Origin: a virus
Lineage: Duplodnaviria > Caudoviricetes
IMG/VR virus record: IMGVR_UViG_3300022930_000014
Location: 1-40,631 of that record
Length of the DNA stretch: 40,631 nt
Direction: 5' to 3' (one strand)
A program made the translations under genes and the position numbers. Below are positions 22,233-32,400 of the stretch, in pieces (within the stretch, counting starts at the first letter, position 1; the number at the start of each line of letters is the position of its first letter). The notes under the pieces are model-generated. The model did not search any database. It was not told the origin of the DNA and saw only the letters and a list, made by a program, of their open reading frames with translations.

Positions 22233-23790
22233 CGAAGATATAAAGGCACAGAAGGCTTTGTTCTGCTTTGATGGCAGCAATACTGAAGACCAGGTTGTAT
22301 TCAAGTTCGGCATATGGGGCAGACATCTATTCCCAAAGTATTTCAAAAGCAAGGACGCAAAGTTCCATCATGACATCAACGTATTAAACTACAGGGTGTA
22401 TCGTGGTGTTGAGCTTGAGCAGTTTGTTAACATAGCATTTCGTGGAGCAGGAAAAGACGTGAAGACCAAACTCTTCATTGCTTTTGTCATTCTCAACGAT
22501 ATGGAACACTCGAGAAAGTATTTCAAGGTTCTTGCTGAGGACGGGGACAACTCAAAGCAGTCCGTGACCGACATCTACAACATGCTTGTGAATCCAAACG
22601 TGACTAGAATGTATCCCGAGACATTCGCCAAGACGGTCTACAAGCGCGAGGAGACTATGGGAAGCTTTACTACAGCTACAAACATCAAGGTGGTGGCTGA
22701 TACTGTCGGTACGGAGCAACGTGGAGCTATTCAGGAGGAAACCAGACCCGACTTCATATGGTTCAACGACTTCGAGACTAGAAAGACGCTTCGATCCACT
22801 GTTATCACCAAGGCAATATGGGACAACATGGAAGAGGCCAGGACGGGATTGGAAAAGGGTGGAGGATCTGTATACACATGCAACTACATTTCCGAACTGG
22901 GAAATGTTCACAAACTTGTAACTGAGAAGCTGTCGGCTCGGAAGCATATTCTCATTATCCCTATCTGGATCGGAGGAGTTCCTGTATGGGACAGATACAC
23001 GGTTGCTGACATAGAGCATATGAAGGCGACTGACGACGACTTCGAGGGAGAGCGAGAGTGCAAGCCGAGTGCCTCAAAGGATATTCTGTTTGACAGAGAA
23101 AAGCTTGAGACCATGGTTGCAAAAGTTCCAGTAAAGACCACTGCTGATTTCAGGATATACAAGCTATTCAACCCAGGGCACAGATATGGATCGGGACATG
23201 ACGTTGCCGGCGGTGTGGGGCTTGACTCCTCAGCTTCTGTATTCATTAACTTCAGCGTCATTCCTGCCGAGGTTGTTGCCACGTTTGCAAGCAATACCGT
23301 GAAGCCCGAGGACTTTGGAGACGAGATATTCAGAGAGACTGAGATGTTTGGTGGAAACCTTGCCGCCATCGAGAACAACAAGTTTGACATGACAGTGCTT
23401 AAGGCAAAGCAACATGAGGTTAACCTATTCGCATACAAGAAAGGAAAGGCAACTCAGGTCAGAAGCACCAACACGACTAAGGATTACGGCTGGAATACGA
23501 ACTCGCTCACAAAGCCGAAGATGTTTTTCGGATTGCAGAAGGCTGTCAACGACGGATTGCTTATCTTGAACGACCCAGCACTTATCAAAGAGGCTAAGTC
23601 ATACTCAAGAAATGACCTAATGGACAAGGAAGAGGATCCAAGAGACATAACTAACACGACAAGGCACTTCGACTTGCTCACTGCATGTGCGATTGCATGG
23701 CAAATGAAGGACTTCGCAGAGGAAAGTAGCGAGGAAGAGGAGGAAATTATAGATGAAGACGAGCCTTTGTATCCAGATATTGGCGTTTAG
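22207..23790 (+). CDS. terL: Terminase large subunit
   Basis: AFRGAGK, RG...RPD.I..DFE ATPase motifs; GHDVAGGVGLDSS, IENN, HFDLLTA nuclease motifs. Confidence 0.9.
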   Translation: MEIQEILNSEDIKAQKALFCFDGSNTEDQVVFKFGIWGRHLFPKYFKSKDAKFHHDINVLNYRVYRGVELEQFVNIAFRGAGKDVKTKLFIAFVILNDMEHSRKYFKVLAEDGDNSKQSVTDIYNMLVNPNVTRMYPETFAKTVYKREETMGSFTTATNIKVVADTVGTEQRGAIQEETRPDFIWFNDFETRKTLRSTVITKAIWDNMEEARTGLEKGGGSVYTCNYISELGNVHKLVTEKLSARKHILIIPIWIGGVPVWDRYTVADIEHMKATDDDFEGERECKPSASKDILFDREKLETMVAKVPVKTTADFRIYKLFNPGHRYGSGHDVAGGVGLDSSASVFINFSVIPAEVVATFASNTVKPEDFGDEIFRETEMFGGNLAAIENNKFDMTVLKAKQHEVNLFAYKKGKATQVRSTNTTKDYGWNTNSLTKPKMFFGLQKAVNDGLLILNDPALIKEAKSYSRNDLMDKEEDPRDITNTTRHFDLLTACAIAWQMKDFAEESSEEEEEIIDEDEPLYPDIGV

Positions 23791-23850
23791 ACACAGAACA
23801 TGGTATAATACACGCAACATAATCTTAATTGAACGGGTAACTTCAATTAA

Positions 23851-25821
23851 ATGAACATATCCAAAGACAAACTAGACAAAATCCGAGCTCAAGTAGGCAA
23901 TGAAATCATTTTTTCACGTAACTATAAGCAACCTAAAGTTTATAACACATGGCAGAAGAACGAAGACCTTGCATATCAAAGAAAGATAACGACGCAAGAC
24001 GCTACGAGAACCAACATTGACCTTGGTCGCGGGGAGGAATACATTTCAACGTTGCTTTCAAAGATCGACAACTCAATCACGTTCAAGTTCAAGAAAAGAA
24101 AAGACTCTCAATTGCAGCGAGTGCAGAGACTGAACGCGTTGAAGCTTATCGACCAGCAAAACGACGACTGGGACATCAAGGACTTGGCAGGAAAGGAGCA
24201 AATGATTGTCTACGGGCGAGCAATCTTTTCATACTATGCAGAATCGGTAGACGGAATATACAAACCACACCTAGAAAACATCGACGTGTATGATTTTCTT
24301 ATTGACCCCTCAGCTGGAGGCATTGACCTTGAGAGGGCTTTTTATATGGGAAACTACGGGGTTATAAAGACGAAGGAGGATTTGAGAGCAGGAGTCAAGG
24401 CTAAGATCTACATGAAGGCAGAGACAGAGAGACTTATCGAGGGGAACGGAAACGCTGACGAATTGTCACAGGAAGAATCAAACAAGAGAAACAGACAGTA
24501 CGCACAGGGAACTACATCAGGGCAAAAGCAGATCGTGGACACTGACAAGTACGTGTTTTGGCGATGGTTCACTACGTTCGAGGGGAAGAGATACTACATG
24601 CTTATCCAGGAATCTTCAGGGGCAATCATTGAGATTGACGAGATGGAGAACAGATTCGCCTCAGGGCTGTATCCGTATTGGACATATGCACGACGACCGT
24701 CGCTCACAGAGTTCTGGACACCGTCTCCACTTGACGGAGTTCGTGAGATTTTCTACACGCAGGCCGTATCAATCAACCAGGCAGTGGATAACTCGGAGCA
24801 AATCAACAACCCACAAAGAATCGTGAACGTGGGAGCTATCGGAAACCTTTCAGAGCTTAAGTACAAGAGAAACGGAATCATTCGGGTGAAGGGAGACATT
24901 GACATCAACCGCGCGTTCCAAACTGTAATCACTCCGTCTATTGACAACCCTATCAAGGTGTTTGACAAGCTAGAGGCTATTCAGGAAAAGGCTTCAGGAC
25001 TTTCAGGAGGAAGCAAGGGTGTCGCAGAAGAGGACAAGGTAGGAATCTATGAAGGAAACCAAGCCAACGCTGCTGACCGGTTCGGACTTTACAACAAGTC
25101 ATACTCATTCGGATACAAGAGATTCGGAACGCTGTACCAGTGGGGAGTCCGGGAGCACCTCACGAAGAAGGTTGCGGTCGAGATGATCGGACCAAACGGA
25201 GTATCTCAGGAAGAGGTAGCACGACGTGACATCTTCAGAAAGAATGAGGACTTCACGGTGAGTGCGGAATCTTCGCAGGCTGAGATTGCATTGAGCGAGA
25301 CCGACAAGAAGAACAAATTGCAGTTCCTGACGGCAAACATGGCGAACCCAACCCAGAATCCAAAGAAGGCGTACGAGACATCGGCAACCATCGTAGGATT
25401 CGGTGAGGAGGAAATCAGGGAGCTTATGGACACGTCGGACTTCGGAGACGCGCAGCTCATGAGCGAGGCTGAGAGGGACATAGAGGACATCCTGGACGGC
25501 AAGAGGGTCAAGCCCAACCCGGGCGCGACAACCGCATACAAGCAGCGATTCGTTGACTTCATGCAGCACAACGAGGACGACATGGACGACCTGCAGAAAA
25601 TGCGAATGTTCGCATACGTGGAATCGCTAGACCAAATCATTATCTCGAACATGGCTCGGATGATGAACAACAAGATCATGAAGCAGCAGTTGGAGATGGC
25701 AAGCGTTCCCTCAGAACAGCCACCCAACGGGACAGCAATTCCACCAGGAGGAGAAGGCACGGGTATGCCTTTGCCGCCAACAACAGATCCATTAACAGCT
25801 AACGCCCCAACGGGGATATAA
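23851..25821 (+). CDS. Portal protein (P22/podovirus-like)
   Basis: 656 aa after terL; DFLIDP, INQ.VDN....NNP pattern; Pro-rich C-terminus. Confidence 0.85.
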   Translation: MNISKDKLDKIRAQVGNEIIFSRNYKQPKVYNTWQKNEDLAYQRKITTQDATRTNIDLGRGEEYISTLLSKIDNSITFKFKKRKDSQLQRVQRLNALKLIDQQNDDWDIKDLAGKEQMIVYGRAIFSYYAESVDGIYKPHLENIDVYDFLIDPSAGGIDLERAFYMGNYGVIKTKEDLRAGVKAKIYMKAETERLIEGNGNADELSQEESNKRNRQYAQGTTSGQKQIVDTDKYVFWRWFTTFEGKRYYMLIQESSGAIIEIDEMENRFASGLYPYWTYARRPSLTEFWTPSPLDGVREIFYTQAVSINQAVDNSEQINNPQRIVNVGAIGNLSELKYKRNGIIRVKGDIDINRAFQTVITPSIDNPIKVFDKLEAIQEKASGLSGGSKGVAEEDKVGIYEGNQANAADRFGLYNKSYSFGYKRFGTLYQWGVREHLTKKVAVEMIGPNGVSQEEVARRDIFRKNEDFTVSAESSQAEIALSETDKKNKLQFLTANMANPTQNPKKAYETSATIVGFGEEEIRELMDTSDFGDAQLMSEAERDIEDILDGKRVKPNPGATTAYKQRFVDFMQHNEDDMDDLQKMRMFAYVESLDQIIISNMARMMNNKIMKQQLEMASVPSEQPPNGTAIPPGGEGTGMPLPPTTDPLTANAPTGI

Positions 25822-25823
25822 CA

Positions 25824-26219
25824 ATGACAAACAACTACAAGATACTTAAAAAAAACAAGGAGAACGCTATTGATTCGCTGATTGAGAAAGACGGAATCAC
25901 GGCACAGTTCACGGCACGGCAGGTTATCCAGCATGAGATTCAGCTTAACAAGCAGGTGCTCGAGATGGAGGGAAACATAGAATTGCACGAGGCCAAGACC
26001 TCGAACATCCTATCGAACAACCCATTCCTAGCCACGCTTACCGAGGAGCAAATGCACGCCACTCACATGTACTTCGAGTCAATGGCTTTCATAAAGGGAG
26101 CCAAGGACAAGGTGAAGGAAATCGAGAAGGTCCTGCGACAATACAAGAAGGAAAAGGCGGAGATAGAGAAACAAACCGGAGTAAAGTTCGAAGACGTAAA
26201 ACTAGATGCCACAAAATAA
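25824..26219 (+). CDS. Hypothetical protein
   Basis: 131 aa in the head module. Confidence 0.65.
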   Translation: MTNNYKILKKNKENAIDSLIEKDGITAQFTARQVIQHEIQLNKQVLEMEGNIELHEAKTSNILSNNPFLATLTEEQMHATHMYFESMAFIKGAKDKVKEIEKVLRQYKKEKAEIEKQTGVKFEDVKLDATK

Positions 26220-26511
26220 GCCAAGCAAAAAAGAAATACGGAAAGACCTTGGGGAAATGAATGCGCTGAACGCCGTGAAGAACAGCGAGGGGGGCAAAAT
26301 CATTATCAAGCGTTCGCTAGCCGACATACTGTCGACTCTCGACTCCCTTGCAAGCGGATATCCCATTCTCTCGCACATACAGCTCGTATCGCTGTGCGCG
26401 CGGCTCAAGGAAAGGCTGGACATCTACAGAGCCCTGAACAACTCGGACGCGAACATACAGCTTGCGGAAGAGGCACTCGAGGAGGCACTGAAGGAAGACC
26501 CGGATCTTTAA
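26206..26511 (+). CDS. Hypothetical head-module protein
   Basis: 101 aa with the NSEGGK motif typical of post-portal ORFs. Confidence 0.65.
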   Translation: MPQNKPSKKEIRKDLGEMNALNAVKNSEGGKIIIKRSLADILSTLDSLASGYPILSHIQLVSLCARLKERLDIYRALNNSDANIQLAEEALEEALKEDPDL

Positions 26512-26593
26512 CATCTGACGCACTTGTAGGGTGCGTTCTGCTCTGAATCACTAAAGGATTACCCGTTCCCTTTGGCTCATGGCAGAACATACC

Positions 26594-26622
26594 TTGCAAC
26601 CTAAAAGAATGTACGGTATAAT
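26594..26622 (+). promoter_or_regulatory. Promoter upstream of scaffold/capsid
   Basis: TTGCAA-17 nt-TATAAT. Confidence 0.65.
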
Positions 26623-26726
26623 ATTAACAACAGGTCGTAGGGATACGATAAATCTTTTGCAGCATGATAAGCTGTTCCGAAAGGAGAATGAGATCCGTCT
26701 GGTTAGACGATACCTAATTTTTCAAT

Positions 26727-27524
26727 ATGAACGAAGACGCAGCATTGATAGCAGAGCTATCGAAGTCGACTGACCCAGTAATTACGGGCAACGGAGAACC
26801 TACTGTAGCCGAAGTAGCAACCGAACAAAAACCAGTCCAAGCGGAAACGCCAAAGACTGAGGAGGCACAAAAAACCGTAGCTGAATTGCTCGGAGAACCA
26901 GCAGAGGAAATCATAGAGGACTTGGGCAATGAAACAGTACCACTGTCAGCCCACCTAGAAATGAAAAGAACTGTGAAGGAACTCAAGAAGACAGTTAGGG
27001 AGTTGCAACAAAAAGCAACACAAGGAGGTGTATCTGACGAGGAAATCTCTGAAGACCTTGAGGCTTTCGCAGAAGAATACCCAGACGTTGACCCTACCTT
27101 CATACAGAAGCTAGCTAAGACTCTGAAGAAAGAGCTGAAGAAGGAATCACAAGTTACACAAAAGCCGATATCCGAGGCTGAAAGACAGAACAACATCGAC
27201 AACGCATTCAAGGTTCATTTCGCGAAGGCACTCGACATTGCTCCTGAGTTCAAGGAGGTAGCAGACGCTGAGGTTATCAAAAGCCTCTCTCTCCTTCCGA
27301 AGAACCAGAACAAGACGTTCGTTCAAATCATAGAGGATACATATGGTAAGTTTGTCGTGGGCAAGCGTACTATGGATACAACAACACCACGAGGGGGACA
27401 CGAACCTGAATCAGTTGACATGGAGAAGGCTTCTACGGACGAAAAGTATCTTGACATGGTATTGGCTAGCCCAAAACTAAAGAAGGAATACAACGAGAAA
27501 ATGCAAGACCTATACCAGCTGTAA
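26727..27524 (+). CDS. Capsid scaffolding protein
   Basis: Acidic N-terminus, ETVPLS, coiled coil; immediately upstream of the coat gene. Confidence 0.75.
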   Translation: MNEDAALIAELSKSTDPVITGNGEPTVAEVATEQKPVQAETPKTEEAQKTVAELLGEPAEEIIEDLGNETVPLSAHLEMKRTVKELKKTVRELQQKATQGGVSDEEISEDLEAFAEEYPDVDPTFIQKLAKTLKKELKKESQVTQKPISEAERQNNIDNAFKVHFAKALDIAPEFKEVADAEVIKSLSLLPKNQNKTFVQIIEDTYGKFVVGKRTMDTTTPRGGHEPESVDMEKASTDEKYLDMVLASPKLKKEYNEKMQDLYQL

Positions 27525-27569
27525 TCGTGAGAACGGGGTTAATTTTAATCTAAACATTAAAAACCCAAC

Positions 27570-28763
27570 ATGACACTAGCAATTTACAAACGAGCATTTG
27601 AAAACTCATATCAAGATATCTTCCAAAAGGTTCTTGTGGGTATGAAAGTTGCCTCAACACGACTACAAGCAGACCTTAAATACGGAATGTCTGTAGATCG
27701 AGCAAAAATCGACATCTCAGCAGTTCGAGTTCGAGCTATCACAACTAACGTAGACCGAGTAATCGATCCACTTACAGATACTCGACAAACTATGACTATT
27801 GACCGAAAATACGGAACATCATTCCCTATCTCTCAATACGAAAAAGTACAGGCTGGACCTCTTAACCCAGGTGCATACGCAGGAGCAAAAGTAGCGCACA
27901 AGCTTGCAACATTCGTTGACGCTGACGTTCTATACGAAACTGTGAACGCATACGCTGACTTTGACAACGGAGACCTTACAACAACTGTATCTTCAGGAGT
28001 TGGAATCACTCTTAACTCAACAACAGTTCCGCAGCTTGTTACTCGAGCACCAGCTAAGCTAGGACGAAACAACCAAACACAGACAAACCTATGTTTCGTT
28101 GTTGACAACTACGCAGGTGCTGACATGGCTCAATACCTACTTGGTAAGAACATTGACCTTGCAGGATCTGTTTACAAAAACGGATACACAGGATCAGTTT
28201 CAAACGCTGAAATGTACGTTTCAGAAAACCTAACAGGTGAGGCTACTCTTACTTCAACAGGAACTTTCACAGATGGACAAACAATCGTAATCGGAGGAGT
28301 TACATTCACGACAGTTACAACTATCGGAGTAACACCAGGTAACGTTCTTATCGGAGCAAACGCTGCTGCGACAATCGTTAACCTAGCCGCTCTAATCAAC
28401 GCTCCTCAAACTACAACAGCACAAGGAGTTGCGCTTTCAGCAGCAAACCAAATCATTATCCAAGACGTTCTACGACTTGCAGCAACAGCTACATCAGCTA
28501 CAGTGCTTACAATCGTAGGAAAAGGTTCAGGACGACTTACTCTTTCTGAAACTCAAACAAACGCCTCATGGGATAAGAACATTCTCCACTGTTACTTCGG
28601 TAAGAAAGGAGCTATCGACCTTGTTGTACAAGACAAAGTTGATATGGAAATGCGAGACGAACCAAAACAACGAACAACAAACATCTTTGCAGACATTCTG
28701 TACGGTGTTCAAACATTCGACGATGGAGCTCAACAATTCCTAGACGTACTTATTAACGCCTAA
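27570..28763 (+). CDS. Major capsid protein (HK97 fold) with an inserted domain
   Basis: Position, strong codon bias, LATFVDADVL helix, D.LYGV.TF C-terminus; Ala/Thr-rich insertion. Confidence 0.85.
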   Translation: MTLAIYKRAFENSYQDIFQKVLVGMKVASTRLQADLKYGMSVDRAKIDISAVRVRAITTNVDRVIDPLTDTRQTMTIDRKYGTSFPISQYEKVQAGPLNPGAYAGAKVAHKLATFVDADVLYETVNAYADFDNGDLTTTVSSGVGITLNSTTVPQLVTRAPAKLGRNNQTQTNLCFVVDNYAGADMAQYLLGKNIDLAGSVYKNGYTGSVSNAEMYVSENLTGEATLTSTGTFTDGQTIVIGGVTFTTVTTIGVTPGNVLIGANAAATIVNLAALINAPQTTTAQGVALSAANQIIIQDVLRLAATATSATVLTIVGKGSGRLTLSETQTNASWDKNILHCYFGKKGAIDLVVQDKVDMEMRDEPKQRTTNIFADILYGVQTFDDGAQQFLDVLINA

Positions 28764-28784
28764 CCTAACCTACCTACCAATCAT

Positions 28785-29387
28785 ATGGCTAACCGATCAG
28801 TACCAGGAACATCTCTCGTAGTTATCAGTGAAACAGCAACAGGGCTTATTATCGAAGCTACTATTGACTCAGGGACACCTCCAACTACAACAGGGATTTA
28901 CGCACTAGGTGCACAAATACGAGACCTTTCAACAGGACTTGTATACACAAACCGAGGAACTACAGCACTTCCTGTATTTCCAGCGGGTGCTACGACTACG
29001 ATGGTAAACTTGTCAGCTGCTGACCTTATCGCAATGTACACTACTCCAGTAGCCATTGTTGCCCCAGTGGCAGGTAAGGCTATCATAGTTGACAGCATGG
29101 AAATCGTTGTAACACGAACTTCTACAGCCTTCACAGGAGGTGGAACATTCGGTGTTCAATACGCGGCTACGGCAAACGGTGCAGGAACTCTTACGACAGC
29201 GAACATTGCGGCTACGGTTCTTACTGGAGCAGCAGGTACAACATATACGGCTAGAATCCCAGTGGTTCTTTCCGATGTTGCGTCAGCTTCAATCGCAGGA
29301 ATAGGACTATACATCTCTAACACTACTGCGGCTTTCGCAGCAGGGACAGGGACAGCATACGTTCGGGTTGCTTATCACCTAGTTTAG
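28785..29387 (+). CDS. Minor capsid/decoration protein (putative)
   Basis: Ala/Thr/Gly-rich beta protein after the coat gene. Confidence 0.55.
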   Translation: MANRSVPGTSLVVISETATGLIIEATIDSGTPPTTTGIYALGAQIRDLSTGLVYTNRGTTALPVFPAGATTTMVNLSAADLIAMYTTPVAIVAPVAGKAIIVDSMEIVVTRTSTAFTGGGTFGVQYAATANGAGTLTTANIAATVLTGAAGTTYTARIPVVLSDVASASIAGIGLYISNTTAAFAAGTGTAYVRVAYHLV

Positions 29388-29458
29388 TTTGACTATTCGG
29401 CTCCTAATAGGGGTCGGATTAGCTACGCTAATTTATAAAAAATAACATTCAAACAACA

Positions 29459-29761
29459 ATGCAAAACACAACATTCAAAATTATTGACGCAGGATCTCTC
29501 AACAAGTTTACTTTCGTAATAATGGCAGGCGACGAAGTCATTTCTACAGACGAGAACCTATACAACTCAGTAGAGGAAGCACAAGAAGCCATCAACAAGC
29601 TGATTGAAGAACAAGAAAATTTAGAGGTGGTAGAAAATGAAGCTGTTACAGGAATGGCTACAGGATACATGGTAGATTCAAATGCCCCTGCAAACGAGCC
29701 TATTACGGACTCAAACGTTCCAACAGACGATACATCAAAATCAGAAGAATCTAAAATCTAG
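29459..29761 (+). CDS. Hypothetical acidic protein
   Basis: 100 aa flanked by two similar hairpins. Confidence 0.55.
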   Translation: MQNTTFKIIDAGSLNKFTFVIMAGDEVISTDENLYNSVEEAQEAINKLIEEQENLEVVENEAVTGMATGYMVDSNAPANEPITDSNVPTDDTSKSEESKI

Positions 29762-29809
29762 TTTAACTCCTCAGCTCCTAATGGGGGTTGCGATAGCTAA
29801 AGTAATATC

Positions 29810-30436
29810 ATGGCAACAACACAAGAACTCATATCATATTTCGAAGAATACGTGGACGACACTACTGAGCTTTCGCCCGCTCAGGAGTTGGCTCTTGCTA
29901 ACAAGATATATCGCCGAGTACTGAATGACAGACCTTGGGAGTTCTTGAAGAAGGAATACAACACCACTACAAACGGTGGGGATATCACACTTCCAGCAGA
30001 CTTTGCAAACTTCGCCTCTAATCACTCATTCACGGATCATGCGATCGAGCAAGGTGGAAAATACGTGTTCATTGGAGATACTTTGATTCCATACCAAATC
30101 GTAAACTGGTCAGACAGAAAGCAATACAGAAACATAGGTCAGAAGTGCTGGCTCAATGTGGCTTCAAACACGCTCAGCTTCAGCGTACAGCCCGATAGTG
30201 GACTAGCAGTCACATTTGACTACATCTATCGCCCAGCAGACCTTACACTCGTTACCAGCCCTATATTCCCATCAGACTTCCACGACATTATCTATCACGG
30301 AATGGCAGCAGACGACTATATGATACAGCAATTCGACAAGGCACGAAGCTATGCGCAGGAGAACGAGGCAAACTACAGACGATATCTTGACGACTTGGCT
30401 CTGTACAATAGCAACCTAATATCAATCGTATACTAA
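29810..30436 (+). CDS. Head-tail adaptor (tail tubular A-like)
   Basis: RPWEFLKK...LPADF...FPSDFHDII pattern; position. Confidence 0.7.
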   Translation: MATTQELISYFEEYVDDTTELSPAQELALANKIYRRVLNDRPWEFLKKEYNTTTNGGDITLPADFANFASNHSFTDHAIEQGGKYVFIGDTLIPYQIVNWSDRKQYRNIGQKCWLNVASNTLSFSVQPDSGLAVTFDYIYRPADLTLVTSPIFPSDFHDIIYHGMAADDYMIQQFDKARSYAQENEANYRRYLDDLALYNSNLISIVY

Positions 30437-30437
30437 T

Positions 30438-32345
30438 ATGGCAGACTTCGAGCTACAAAAGTTCACAAAGGGAGTTCACAACCTGTATAATCCAGAAATC
30501 ATTCCCGGAGACGCGGCTCAAGACGCATACAACTGGGTGACTTTGGACGGGGTTATTGAGCTTGCACGAGGAAGAAACTTGGTACACGACGAAGGAACTC
30601 AGGGAAAAATACAAGGGGAAGGATTCGGATACACGACATCAGGCTCAGTGGTTCACTACCGAAAGACCGGGACTAAGGTTCAGTATGACAACGGGACAAC
30701 ATGGGTTGACATCATTACGGGTCTCACAAACGGATATGACATGATGTTTGTGAACTATTCTTCACTTGCAGGTAACTTTACATTCGGATTTTCTCTTGAC
30801 GGAATATACAAAATGAACAACGCCAACCCAGGCAGTTATGTTTCACTGTATAACGCCTCAAAGAACTTCAAGTTCACGGGTGCAATCATTGACAAGGGAC
30901 GATGTATCGCATGGGGAAATGCAAAGGACAAGACCGGATTGTATTTGTCATACATTGATACGCAAAAGGTAGGTACTGTATATACTCAGGTTACAAACGA
31001 AACCATTGGCTCAGGTAATGGGGTGCTTGTTACTTTCACAGGAACGCTTGCATTTAAGGGAGGAGGTGCTACGCGAAACGCCTTTGCACTCACAATTACT
31101 GACTCGGTGGAGACATTTACCGATAACTACAACGGAACTCTAACAGGTTCTCTTGGAGGAACAGGAACAATAAACTACACGTCAGGTGCATTCTCTGTGA
31201 CTTTCAACACAGCCCCTGCAAACACGCCAAACAACATCAAGGCAACATACCTTTGGGAGGATTCAAATGCCTCAGGACTCACAGACTTCAGCAAGTCAGA
31301 CCCGAGAACGACAGGTCAGGGAGCTATCATTCGGCAAGACGAGGGAGGGGACGCGATCATGCGTGTGAATGTCGGGCTTGACGGGTCATACTACTCAATG
31401 AAGCAACGCTCAGTGTATCAATTGACTCTAGACAACGCGGACGTATCTCCTACGAACGTGGTATTTCGACGTGAAATCGGTATCATGTCGCTTCGAGGAT
31501 CTATTTCCACACAAAACGGAATAGTTTTCATGAACACAGCCAACTTGGAGAAGCCAGAGCTTACAATCTTGCAACGAAACCCAGTCGGAGGGGAGATTGA
31601 GCCTGTTATTTTGTTCCCTCAGTTCAAGTTTGCGAACTACAGATATGACGACGCGACTCTTGAGACATACGGACAGTTCATTGTGCTTTCATGCAAGACA
31701 CCAACTGCGGTAAACAACGATACCGTGCTACTTTTGGACGTTCCAAACAAGAAAGTAGACATTACGGGATACAACGGAAGAACATTTGTGACTGACGGGA
31801 CTGATTTGTTCATGGGAAGCTCTATCACTCAGACTGTATACAAGATATACAGCGGATTCGACGATGATGGGGCTGTTATTCCAAACTATTGGACAGGAAA
31901 AGACGAAATGTTCAAGAGTGAGAACCTGAAAAAGGTAAAATACCTGAGACTGAAGGGAAATATACAAAAGTCTCAATCATATGAGGTATATATCGACTAT
32001 GACAAGGCTGGATTCCAGCTTGTTGGAACTATTATCGGTACGGGAACGTATGTTGACGTTACGTCACCACAAACTATCGGAAGTAACATGATCGGAGTCT
32101 CAATGATTGGAGGTGATTCTGTAAGTATCGTGTATCCATATTTCACACAGCTCAAGATAAAGACTCCTAAGTTCAGAAAGCGAACTATAAAGCTTGTAGC
32201 ACTCGGATACGGATACGTAAGCGTTGAGACAATGATGGATCGGGACATACTCGGATTCGAAAACAAGCTTCCGAAGCGATTCAGACAGAAGAATTATGTC
32301 AGCTTGGACGGGGAAACAACGGGTAATCCAGAGCCTGAGTTTTAG
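30438..32345 (+). CDS. Tail nozzle / packaged-DNA stabilisation protein (tubular B, P22 gp10-like)
   Basis: 635 aa beta-rich protein after the adaptor. Confidence 0.65.
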   Translation: MADFELQKFTKGVHNLYNPEIIPGDAAQDAYNWVTLDGVIELARGRNLVHDEGTQGKIQGEGFGYTTSGSVVHYRKTGTKVQYDNGTTWVDIITGLTNGYDMMFVNYSSLAGNFTFGFSLDGIYKMNNANPGSYVSLYNASKNFKFTGAIIDKGRCIAWGNAKDKTGLYLSYIDTQKVGTVYTQVTNETIGSGNGVLVTFTGTLAFKGGGATRNAFALTITDSVETFTDNYNGTLTGSLGGTGTINYTSGAFSVTFNTAPANTPNNIKATYLWEDSNASGLTDFSKSDPRTTGQGAIIRQDEGGDAIMRVNVGLDGSYYSMKQRSVYQLTLDNADVSPTNVVFRREIGIMSLRGSISTQNGIVFMNTANLEKPELTILQRNPVGGEIEPVILFPQFKFANYRYDDATLETYGQFIVLSCKTPTAVNNDTVLLLDVPNKKVDITGYNGRTFVTDGTDLFMGSSITQTVYKIYSGFDDDGAVIPNYWTGKDEMFKSENLKKVKYLRLKGNIQKSQSYEVYIDYDKAGFQLVGTIIGTGTYVDVTSPQTIGSNMIGVSMIGGDSVSIVYPYFTQLKIKTPKFRKRTIKLVALGYGYVSVETMMDRDILGFENKLPKRFRQKNYVSLDGETTGNPEPEF

Positions 32346-32400
32346 GATTTGGAAATTATTGAAAAATATAGTATAATACACCCTAACGGGTCATAAAAAA

